DNA from: Veleropilina oligotropha
Lineage: Eukaryota
Assembly: GCA_048128005.1 (NCBI GenBank)
Contig: JBEUKZ010000125.1
Coordinates: 434,001-498,000 of the forward strand
Length of the DNA: 64,000 nt
Reading direction: 5' to 3'
Of the stretch, positions 51,703 to 62,109 are shown in pieces. Under the pieces are notes generated by a model, which was given only the letters and a program-made list of their open reading frames with translations, ran no database searches and had not been told where the DNA came from. The stretch's first letter is position 1, and each line of letters starts with the position of its first letter. Both the position numbers and the translations under genes were made by a program.

Positions 51703-52004
51703 GAGGATTAAGAGTAATCCCTTGTATCTATAATAATATACTTACGTCCTTACTAATGCCATAATAAGCCTATTATCGCTAAATCCGGACAAGGTGGAAA
51801 TGGTAATTTCACACTTTTTAGTAAATTGAACCCAGCTGACCCAGTGACCTGCTCGACCTCCTCCAGTTCATGTCTATTAAGAGCTCGCCAACTCCCGCGA
51901 GATCCTCGTGACCCAAGGGTCAAGACCTCATCCAAAGTTTATGCAAACCCCAAGACAAAGAACTTATATAAGAGGGGAGGTGCGAAGCAGGGTGGGCCAA
52001 GTGG

Positions 52005-52094
52005 GTAAGGACGTAAGTATATTATTATAGATACAAGGGATTACTCTTAATCCTCATATCTATATCAAATATACTTACGTCCTTACTAATGCCA
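52005..52094. other. DIRS copy B internal complementary region (ICR)
   Basis: TTACTCTTAATCCTCA|TATCTATATCAAATATAC joins the reverse complements of both ends. Confidence 0.93.
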
Positions 52095-52880
52095 AGAATA
52101 ACTTTGGTTGGCGGAGTTATAAGTTCCATACACCAAAATTAAAACTTACTTGTTACCAGAAGACGACGCTTTAGCGTTGAGATCGAGTCCGTTCAGAGTG
52201 GATTTTACTGAGCATCAAATCTACCCTTACCCCGAGGTGAGATTTCGACCAAGAAATCTGGGAAAACACGCCAGGGATGTTAGTCGGACAGGTAACACGA
52301 AAGTGCATGTAGCTCCGGACACCGGCGGAAGGTATACCTTGAGGCACTCGTGTCATGAGCAAAGACAGTGATCTGAATATTCCGGACTCAAAGGTCGGCA
52401 GACAGAAAACTGCAAGACGTGGTTTTTAGAAGCACCCGAACCTAGGCAGGTAGATAGTGTTATAAAACCGTGACAATTATCAATAGATTGAAGAAAATTT
52501 CAATAACTTCATCTTGAATAATAAATTTTTGCATGTCTAACTTGCAAAATGTCAACATGATACATGTTACTTAAATAATTTTAAGTAGAGAATAATATTA
52601 AAATTTCTCAATGTACGCACATCGAAATGTTCTGCGACAGCAAAGAGAACATTTTAAGAAATAATATTATTTACAAAAAACATTTTTAAGCTTTAATAAT
52701 ATAAATGTCTACATCCAATGTGGGCATTGCTTCATATGAACTCAGTATGAATAAATAAATTCAATTTCTTAATCAGTTTAAGAAAGAAATACATTGGAGT
52801 AAATTCTAATGGTGATTTCAATGTACACAAATAGAATTACATTATATTACCTCAGTGTCTGGTAAAATTCCTAAAACCAA

Positions 52881-55786
52881 TCACTGTCGGGATGACCCAG
52901 ATCCCGTGATACATTGTTGTCCTGCCGCCACAAAGGAAATCCGATGTTCACCCTCAGCCGTGGTCGCATAATCATGCAGGTAAAAGCGAACAAAGGTATT
53001 TGCGTTCTTCCAGTAACAAGCCTTTAAGATTTCATTGATATTCAAATTATATTTGAAGGCAAGCGAAGTGGCAACTGCACGTGTCTCGTGCGCGTGAATT
53101 GAAACGAGATCTCGTTCTGGCTCATTGGACCGAGAGTAAATCTCTTTTACAACAGAGACTATCCAACGTGAAACAGTCGATTTGCGAATGTCGCGGTGGA
53201 ATTGAGGCATATGGCTAACGAATAAACGCTTTTTACCGTGCCGTAGGTCTCGGGTCTTATCCAGGTAGAATCTCAACGCGCGGACCGGGCAGTTGAGGCG
53301 GTCGATATCATTTCTATCCAGCATGGAGAGGTTACGGATACAAACCTCGGGACTGATATCTTCAGGTCGTTGTGTCTTCGCTAGGAAGCCAAGGACAGTA
53401 TGCAGCGTCACCGACCCATTGGTGTGGAAGTGTATGTCTCGAAGCTCTCCGGATAAAGCGTGTATCTCCGATGCCCTGTTACCGGTGGCGAGCGCGGTAA
53501 GAAATACGGTCTTATAAGTAAGATTTTTGAGGGAACAATCACTCATAGGCTCGTACGGGCATCTAAGTAAAGCATTGAGAACTAACAAAACATTCCAAGC
53601 GGGCGGTCGCACCCGCTGAATGGGCCGTTCGAGTTGATAGGAGCGTATGAAGTCCGATATAGTTTTGTCGGTAGACAAGCGGGTGTGCTCGCGGCATTGC
53701 CGTAACGTTGTAGCTACGCATGAACGGTAGCCTTTGACTGCGGAAATTGACATTCCCCGTTCTAGCAACGACGATAAGAACTCGATAAATTTTGTCACAG
53801 GGGGGCGGAATATATTGACTTGCCGCCCGCGACACCAATCCACAAACTTTTTCCATCGGTAGTCATATACCCTTGTTGTAGATTGTCTTCTAGATCGGTA
53901 AATGCGCTGGGCTGTCGCTCTAGAAAAGCCTTTCTTAATGAGCGATCTCTCGATAGTCGCCAGGCGTGAAAGTGAAACTCGTTCGCCGACGGGTGTAGAA
54001 CCCGACTGCGCGGTTGCGATAACAGGTCTGTCATCTGCGGTAGCGCTCGCGGCTGATCGATGAGTAGATCCAGAAGTGTCGGAAACCAGGACTGCGTGCG
54101 TTGTAGAGGTGCTATAAGCGTCAACTCGCAGTCTTCGCGGGTCGCTTTCCGTAGTACTTGTGCCAACATGCACGACGGTGGGAAGGCGTAGGCGATCAGA
54201 TTCTCCCATCTCATTGACAGAGCGTCGACCGCTATAGTGGCCGGGTCCGGGTAAGGAGACACATAGAGAGGGAGTCGGTGATTGTATTCGGTTGCGAATA
54301 GATCGACTTGAGGCGTCGACCACAGGCGACAGACATCTCGGGCTACACGGGCGTGTAGCGTCCACTCTGTGTGTATAATCTGTGTTTTCCGAGAGAGCGT
54401 ATCCGCTCTGACATTCAGCTTCCCCGGGATGTGTCGGGCTCGAATTGACGAGTTGAGTGACATCACTAGGCGGTGTAGGTCGATCGCTCGGTCGCAAAGC
54501 GGACGGGAGCGAGTGCCGCCCTGGTGCTGGATGTAAGCGACGACAGTCGTGTTGTCCGTTGCTAGCATTATGTGCTTGTTTCGGAGATGTGACGAGAGGG
54601 ACTGCACTGACAGGTAGACGGCTTCTAACTCTAGGAAGTTGATGTGTCGTCCCTGAAGGTCCGGAGGCCAGAGGCCCGATGTCTCGTGACTGTCGAAGTG
54701 ACCACCCCAGCCCTCGTTTGACGCGTCCGTGAAGAGGTAGGCGTTCGGGTCTGGGGGGGATATTGGAACCGACTGGCTCGGCAGGGTAGTGTTCAACCAC
54801 ACTGCTGTCGTGCGATTGAACCAATGCCGTAGATCGATGCGATCCGTCCACTGTCCCGTACGTTGTATCCAGCGGTCCTTGAAGGCCTGCTGCAACGGTC
54901 GCTTGTCCATGCGACCCGTCGGTAACAGGGGAGCTACCGACTCGATGTGCCCTAGGACAGTGGCCAGTCGTCGCGCTGTAGTTATCCGTGAAGACTTTGT
55001 TTCTAGTATAACTGCGCGTAGGTTCTCTATACGTTTCTGAGTCGGTTTCGCGGTGTACCGGACCGTGTCGAATTCGACCCCTAGAAATATAAACGTCGTC
55101 GAGGGCACGAAGCAGGATTTGTCGTTGTTGATCTGTAATCCCAGGCGCTTCGCCGATGACAGGGTAACGCTCATAGACTGGAGGCACCGATCCCGGGACG
55201 CCCCGAGAATCAACCAGTCGTCGAGGTACATATGTACCCTGTGCCCTTGCGAGTGTAGGAAGGCCCCGAGAGCCTGTACTACCCGCGTGAAGACGTACGG
55301 GGCTGACGATAGACCGAACGGTAGACACCTGAATTGGTAGATCGTTCCCCCGTGAACAAACCGTAGGTACCGGTGAGCCGAGACATGCATCGGAACGTGT
55401 AGGTACGCATCGGTTAAGTCGATAGACGCTGCCCAGTCGCCCGGACGGATGGCCGTTCGTATCTTCGAGAGTGTTTCTTGCTTGAACTTCTCGGTACGAA
55501 GATACTGGTTGAGGAACGACAGATCGAGGATCGGTCGCCAACGGACCAGGAAAAAGTGGCTGTAATATCCTGGTGTGCTGGGCGGCGCGGGATAGATCGC
55601 TCTCTTGGAGAGTAAATCCCGCACTGCCTGGTCTAGGACGGCTTGTTTCTCTCCTATCAGGAGACGAGCGCGTCCTGGTGGTGGTGTCGCGTCTAGGGTT
55701 GGATGCCGGTCGAATGCCAACTTGTATCCGGCACTCACGACTGAGTGAACCCAGTTGTCCTCTGTCATTTCTAGCCAGGACAGGCT
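52881..55786 (-). CDS. DIRS copy B tyrosine recombinase ORF (track extension to 56144 results from a frameshift)
   Basis: GNRASEI, NCPVRAL, AHETR, CYW, FVRFY; collinear with the copy A YR frame downstream of about 55786. Confidence 0.88.
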
Positions 55787-55855
55787 GTAAGTACTCTGAC
55801 AGACACGCTCCCACCGGCGGAAGCGTGCAACTGAGCTCGTCGCGAGCGCCGGCAA
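53795..55855 (-). pseudogene. DIRS copy B pol (RT-RH-MT) with a 4-bp insertion and a 15-bp deletion
   Basis: YLDD, FTDAS, DLFA and YAFPP present. PKPDG is missing (FLV-RWRP) at about 55543; frame switch at about 55787-55790 relative to copy A. Confidence 0.85.
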
Positions 55856-55857
55856 CC

Positions 55858-58077
55858 CTAGGGCCGCGGCTTCCCTCTCCCGCTCTGACGGGATTTCGTC
55901 GGAGGTGCTTTCTTCGCAACAGGTTTGTTGGCCTGAGAAGGCCGACCCGGCGAAGGTTTAGCACGCTTGGAAGGCGTATGAGACCGGGACGGTCTCGAGC
56001 GCTTCCTAGAGGTAGCAGTCGGCGTGCTCTGAGGAGTAGCCAAGACTGCCTTCTCGATTGCGCGATCCTTGAGGTCAGCCGCTCGCTTCTCGACAAATTC
56101 GGGGAATTTGTCGCCGAAGAGAGTAGAGGCCGACAACGGTACACAACGTAGAGACAGCCGGGTGGCGTCGTCTAGGGTGGTGCCGTCTAGGCAAGCGTCT
56201 CTACGAAGTAGGGCAGCATTGCCTAAGGATCGGGCTGACTCCGACGCGGAGTGCTCCGTGGAGGCGGCAACCTCTTCGAGAAAGGACAGTGCGATCTCAC
56301 GAGCGCGGGGTCCGTTCTCTTGTAGTACGGTAATGGCTCCGTCTAGGAAAAAATCCTGGATAGAGGCATGCCGTAGAGCCCGACGAGCGGAGCTCTCAAA
56401 GCCCTCCATGGCGACCCATGGGACTTTGACCACTGAGGGAGCTGTGCTGGCCGACAGTCGACGCATCGCTGCATCGATCTGAACCGGCTCAGTCTCCAGA
56501 CACGCCCCAGAGCATCCGATCGAAATCGGATGCTTACCGGGTCGGAGGTACTTCCCTTTACGGAGACCACGAGGGTACTCTGTTAATGAGGAAGTCTCCA
56601 CCGATTTGGGTCCCTGAATGGATTTGGTCGCCGAGTCGAGGACGAGCGAGACCAACCCAGACTGGGGTAGGGTAGGAAGCAGGGGGGCTTCCGGCCCATC
56701 AAATCGACGTGCCGCTGTCCTGTGCCTGACGAAGCCTACCGGCAGAGCCGGGTCTGGCAAGTCTAGCACCCCGCGAAGCGACGCGACAGCGTCGTATCTT
56801 CTGCGGGTGGCGGAGATGGTCTCATGCGTGCCCGACTGACTACAAGAGTCGTCTGGTCCGACCGATTCAGGGAGGTCAGAGTGAGTAGAAGCACTGTCCT
56901 CGTCGGAACGAGGATCGACTTCCATCACCGAAGCATGAGCCGAGCCCGGCGTTACGGTCAGAGACGTTGGGACCTGGGGCGGCTGGGTAGCCGGTTGCCA
57001 GGACCTACAACGTGCCTCGACTTCCATCGCAATCATAGCCTGGACGCTCTCAAGAGAGAAACCCGGAGGCATGACGGACGTCGGACCAACAGCCATTGGT
57101 CCGCTCGAGGATACCGTAGCGCATGGTTGACGGGCTGCACGGACAGGTGGAGCCGAGTACCAGGGACTCGGGTTACCTGTCGGGAAACCGCTACCAGGGA
57201 AACGGCCCGGAGGCGCGTTAAACGGTGCGAGCGACCCGTAAGACTGCGACCACAGTCCATACGGGTCTGTAACCCTGCTCGGGTGAGGCACGGGGGTATA
57301 CCCGCCGTAGGCCTCAGCCCCGAACGCAGCCGGTCCTACCACACCACCCGGGACGTCTTGAAAAGAACCGTCAGAGGAGGTTGGCCTTCCATCACTCTCG
57401 TGGGCCCCGACAGTGGCGGAATTAGCCTTTAAGCTAGCGCCATTGTCGGACGAGAGGACGGGTTGCGTCGAGCGTCTGGGACTTCGACCACGGTCGTGGT
57501 GCCCAGCAACTGTATCGACTTTCTCTGCTAGTCTCCTTCGCCCCGTTTCCGAGGTTACTTGACTCACAGAAGGACTAACGCTGCCTTGCTCCTCCGAGGC
57601 CGGAGGAGAGGAAAGGTTTTGTCTGCCCTGTACAGCTTTTCGCCGCGGCGCTCGATGTATCTCACTGGCCGGCAAGATACTTTGAGCAGCGGTTACTAGG
57701 CCCAAAGGAGAGGTATCGGTCGGCGCTCGGGCCCTTACCTGAATCTGAGATCCCGACGAGACCGGGACTTTCCCCAAAGTCTCGGAGGTGTCGTCGGGCC
57801 CACCACGGCTACCGTCGAGAGGGTCTGAAAGAGAAAGTGAAGGATTAAAACCTGTCTCTAGCCTCTGGAGCTTCTCGGTGGATGCCCCCTCGGAAGAAGA
57901 TACCCTGGTTGTCTTCTCCGAAGGAAAAAGAGTCTCCCACTGCCGATTCGTCAGTGTAACGCAATGCCCACATGGATTGTCCTTACTGCTAGAACACACA
58001 CGGTGAAAAGTGCATTCGGAGTGCTTGTCAAAACCACGGATTTTCTGTCTGCACTCGGAAACACTGCAATGCTTCAT
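55858..58077 (-). CDS. DIRS copy B ORF1 (gag-like)
   Basis: ATG at 58077; Cys/His cluster HCSVSEC..KHSECTFHRVC...CGHC; C-terminal half aligns with copy A ORF1. Confidence 0.88.
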   Translation of the reverse strand: MKHCSVSECRQKIRGFDKHSECTFHRVCSSSKDNPCGHCVTLTNRQWETLFPSEKTTRVSSSEGASTEKLQRLETGFNPSLSLSDPLDGSRGGPDDTSETLGKVPVSSGSQIQVRARAPTDTSPLGLVTAAQSILPASEIHRAPRRKAVQGRQNLSSPPASEEQGSVSPSVSQVTSETGRRRLAEKVDTVAGHHDRGRSPRRSTQPVLSSDNGASLKANSATVGAHESDGRPTSSDGSFQDVPGGVVGPAAFGAEAYGGYTPVPHPSRVTDPYGLWSQSYGSLAPFNAPPGRFPGSGFPTGNPSPWYSAPPVRAARQPCATVSSSGPMAVGPTSVMPPGFSLESVQAMIAMEVEARCRSWQPATQPPQVPTSLTVTPGSAHASVMEVDPRSDEDSASTHSDLPESVGPDDSCSQSGTHETISATRRRYDAVASLRGVLDLPDPALPVGFVRHRTAARRFDGPEAPLLPTLPQSGLVSLVLDSATKSIQGPKSVETSSLTEYPRGLRKGKYLRPGKHPISIGCSGACLETEPVQIDAAMRRLSASTAPSVVKVPWVAMEGFESSARRALRHASIQDFFLDGAITVLQENGPRAREIALSFLEEVAASTEHSASESARSLGNAALLRRDACLDGTTLDDATRLSLRCVPLSASTLFGDKFPEFVEKRAADLKDRAIEKAVLATPQSTPTATSRKRSRPSRSHTPSKRAKPSPGRPSQANKPVAKKAPPTKSRQSGRGKPRP

Positions 58078-59053
58078 AGCTACGCACACGGGTAGGTAGG
58101 AGATAGGGTTTTTGAAGTGATAAGGATATTTCCCGGGTAGTTTACCAAATTACTACTACAACCTCGATTGTACCTGATCCGAGAGTTGGAAAAGGCTGAA
58201 ATACGCCTATAACTTACGGCGGATTATACGCCCAAAAACACCGACTTTATATTTTTACTTTATAAAAACCAGTCGGTCAACGAATTGAGAAACGGGAGGT
58301 CTTCTTTCCAAGAAACCGCCCTTTTACACCTAAAAACCTCTTGGATGTATATATATCAATTTGTTAGAATTCGGCGTGCTATCCCCGATTTAGCAGATTT
58401 ACCAAAATAACGCTAGTTAAATTCTAAATAATCTGCTGTTCAACGACGATAAATTTGATTTTACATAAATTTATAGCAAGAAAAAAATTCAAGCAATATC
58501 AATAATCAAACTCTCCCTGACTCCGTAGTAATTGCTAGGGAGCTTCCTTCTTTAAATATCCCTCTGAGCGTCTTCTTTTCTTTCTGTTTCAGAAGTCCAA
58601 GATGGCGTCGTCAATGGAGGCTGTCGATTTCGTTTTCTGTCCTTGTTGTAGACAGGAAAAACTTCTAAGAAGGCGTCTTATTCAGGAGGAGACTCTCAGT
58701 CTTTCCACTAAACGTGTTCACAACACTATATTAGATCTTATGAGCTTATAGATTTTTAAAATCGGGCTCGAAAAAGATCGAAAAATCACAAAGATTGTGG
58801 AGCAAAGCAAAACGCGACTTGTACAATCGAGCGGAAAACTTCGGATGAGGTCTTGACCCTTGGGTCACGAGGATCTCGCGGGAGTTGGCGAGCTCTTAAT
58901 AGACATGAACTGGAGGAGGTCGAGCAGGTCACTGGGTCAGCTGGGTTCAATTTACTAAAAAGTGCGAAATTACCATTTCCACCTTGTCCGGATTTAGCGA
59001 TAATAGGCTTATTATGGCATTAGTAAGGACGTAAGTATATTTGATATAGATAT

Positions 59054-59189
59054 ATGGTATATACAGGGTGAGTAAAATTCATATCAGGCTAGAGCGAAGG
59101 TGGAGTAACCCCATATGGATTATACACGGTCGACACGTGATGGGTCTAACCCAATCACTATCGTAGAAACTTGTTGGAGGTAAGATATA
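59054..59189. mobile_element. Internally deleted second copy of the 50987-51702 element
   Basis: Half-palindrome ATGGTATATACAGGGTGAGTAAAATTCATATCAGGC joined to the body end CCAATCACTATCGTAGAAACTTGTTGGAGGTAAGATATA. Confidence 0.8.
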
Positions 59190-59771
59190 CTAGTATACCT
59201 CATTAGTAACTGATGATCGACAAGCCACATATATGTAGCTCAGATGTATTATTGTGTATACGACTCCTAAAAAAGATACCCAGAAACACATATGACTCAA
59301 ACAGAAACAAGCGCATCCGAGAGGAAGCATAGTAGAACCATAATAAAGTCATCGTGGACATACACCACCACCACACAGATAGACAGACAGCCTCAATACA
59401 ATAGTTTATCCGTAAACGGCTCAAATAATTATAATCCAGAGCATACTTCAACATCTTTCCTGGCAACAGCAACAATCACCTGGTCATCACAGACAATCTC
59501 ACATTCGAGCAAATAGCCAGAAGATTACATAATAATGAGATAGAAATTCACCAGAGCAAAAAATAGTCTATCTAAAAATCTACAATACACCTACGAAAAC
59601 TCATCATATGCAAACATACATGAATAAACTCTAAGTTGGACATGAACTTCTAATCCTGTGAGTGATATAATACCTGAGCCACTGGTGGCTGCAGCCCTTC
59701 AATCTCTTCATAATACAGATATGCAAAATGGCAAGAAGAGATTATTTCACAAACCACACTACTACCACACT

Positions 59772-60110
59772 CTTAAAACATTTCTGTGACGTCATCTATT
59801 GTTCTGGGCAGTTGTTTATTCTGCCTATTCAATCGAAGAACAAAGCTTTGTTGGCCCAGCCGTTGAATAGTTTAAAGGCATTCATCTAATACACGGCAAT
59901 TAAGACTTTCATTCAACTAATGCACTCCATTTAACTACAATAGAGGTACCTGGTGGGGAATGAGGCTATTGTTCAATGGTGAAATGTTTTAAGTGACATA
60001 AACTACTCGATAGCGTTGAATAGTTCAGAGAAAACACTCCCGTCTCGGGCCTAACGGCCCTCGACAAGTCGTGTATTCTCTGAACTATTCAACGCTATCG
60101 AGTAGTTTAT
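59772..60110. mobile_element. Non-autonomous Crypton-like element
   Basis: IR CTTAAAACATTTC / GAAATGTTTTAAG; palindrome 59998-60110 centred on CTCGGGCCTAACGGCCCTCG. Confidence 0.6.
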
Positions 60111-61238
60111 CCCATACATAGTGGGCCATAAAGTGATCTTACAAACCAACAGACATCAACATACTGATCTGTGAAAATTGGACGTAAATGTTGACAAAGT
60201 GGGGTATTGGTCTCACACCAGTGCTCCAGCTACTCTGTGCCAAATACTAACACGGACAAAGAAAGTAGTGACTGTTCTAGATCTACAAGCCATCTGAGTA
60301 ATTCATCAAGCCTTATACATAAAAGTAGCAGAAGTTGTTTGACAGAATCAGAAGACATATCGGAATGTGACTTTGAGGATGAGAACCTTTCACACGATAT
60401 GCCATCTCCTTTCCGTTATTAGTATGCGGTTTGGAAAAGCTGGTCTTCGAGAATTGACAGTTGATAATGGAGTCATCGCAAAGGAGTCGACCAAGAGCGT
60501 TGTTGAATGCAGACAGTGCAACAGTTACAGTAGTGTTAAGCTCCAAATCATCTATAAAGCACTGTCAATGCGTCAGCAGCAGGGGGGGTCAGTAGACTTT
60601 TTAGAATGGGAAAATAAGGCTCCCAGCACCCGTTCAGGCTCCCAGGGTCGGGCTTGTATTATAACAGTCACCGTGTTTACATACAGCTCTGTCTGAAAAC
60701 CAGGTTAGCTTATGAACGTCGTGAATTGACCCAATTTATCCTGACCGCTGTTATCTACAATCCATAGTCTATTCAAATACTACCTGGTTGCCTAGTTACG
60801 TCGCGCACGACTGCGTATGGCCTAGTAGAAAAGATTGTTGTGGAGTGACTCACTGTTGGTATTCCCCTCGACTGAAATACATTATCCAGTATCAAAAGTA
60901 TCAAATAAAGATTGACTGGATAATGTGGCCACATTATAATCAATGGACAGTTAACTAATTAAGGATTCGGGATTTAATCGGCTTTACAATATGTCTAGAG
61001 TGTTGTAGGTTTTATTTTAATCAACGTAGTCTATGTTCAACGTTGTTGTGCTTTAATATTCACATCATAAGTGACGAGACACCTCCTCTCTTGCCTGCCA
61101 TGGCTACCTGACTATATAAGAACTGTCAGGCTTTAGTATTTATAAGATCTGATGCATATGTCACAACGACCTCCTCAGAATGCTTTCGCATGTTGCGTTT
61201 CGAATTCTTGAGGAAGAAGGCTGCGTGGAGAAAATGCT

Positions 61239-61414
61239 GAGAGATGGTCGAGAAGACACCCCAGGCTACGGCTGAAATTCAAGGGGGCTTCAAGAGGGCC
61301 GAGAGATGGTCGAAGACACCCCAGGCTACGGCTGAAATTCAAGGGGGCTTCAAGAGGGCCGACAGATGGTCGAGAAGACACCCCAGGCTACGGCTGGAAT
61401 ACAAGGGGGCTTCA
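61239..61414. repeat. ~62-bp tandem repeat, about 2.8 copies
   Basis: GASAGATGGTCG at 61239, 61301 and 61361. Confidence 0.9.
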
Positions 61415-61722
61415 TTCCGTGCAAATTGCATGGCGAGATTGCAGCCAGTTTAGATAAATATATAATTCCCGCTTGCGAGCGTGCAACTATCTGACGCACC
61501 GCCACAGCCGGTAGATAACAGTGAGAAATAATGCCCATGTTTACCGCGACATAGTGCGGGTATATACTAGGATCTTCATACCTCTAATAGGAAATCTGGG
61601 TCAGCAGACGGCTGAACGGGCTATTAATATATGCTAGGAAAGCCGGAAATGTGTTTGAGGACAGGGAATCCCCGAGCAGCTGTTATGTAAGTATGTAGTT
61701 CCCGCTGGTAGCGTGCAGTTGC

Positions 61723-62061
61723 ATGGCGATAAGTGTCCTATTAGATATACCCACATCACAGGATATACCCACTGCAAAGGATACGATGAAGGGCACAGAC
61801 ACCTGTCACTGGCTTACTATAAGCTCCACAGAACTATGTGGTAAGAGTTGTCTGAAAGAGTTCTGTAAAGTCCACCTGGCTCGGCTACGGCGAAATGGCT
61901 GGGTCACAAAGCCCTGCATCAAATGCGGCAAAGGCGTCTTCAACCGGTTTACGTTGTGTAAGGGCTGTGGGTATAAGAGTGAGAACTCTATGGACTGGCA
62001 ACGAAAGAAAAGTGCCTTCCGGAGAGAGTTTCTCCGCTTGGCTGCAATTTACCACACGTAA
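61723..62061 (+). CDS. Small Cys/His-rich putative zinc-binding protein (possible start at the second ATG, MKGTD)
   Basis: CHW..CGKSC..FCKVH..PCIKCGKG..LCKGCGY; intronless; ends 48 bp before the long ORF on the same strand. Confidence 0.6.
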   Translation: MAISVLLDIPTSQDIPTAKDTMKGTDTCHWLTISSTELCGKSCLKEFCKVHLARLRRNGWVTKPCIKCGKGVFNRFTLCKGCGYKSENSMDWQRKKSAFRREFLRLAAIYHT

Positions 62062-62109
62062 ATTTCCTATTAGAGAAGTAAAGATCTTAGTGTATGCCCG
62101 CCCGGCAAC

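Larger units (their letters stand above)
51701..59053 (-). mobile_element. Full-length DIRS1-type retrotransposon (copy B; related but distinct family; pol disabled)
   Basis: ITRs 51735-51940 and 58836-59041 (206 bp, 2 mismatches seen); ICR 52005-52094; same ORF layout as copy A; AT at both junctions. Confidence 0.96.

Noticed and set aside
59203..59516. G6PC exon 1 candidate
   Set aside because: No W.N...K(W) ending or other G6Pase N-terminal similarity, and no suitable phase-2 donor.
60207..60696. Ser/acidic-rich short ORFs upstream of the PolB-like region
   Set aside because: Non-ATG starts, no motifs, and no evidence linking them to the element.
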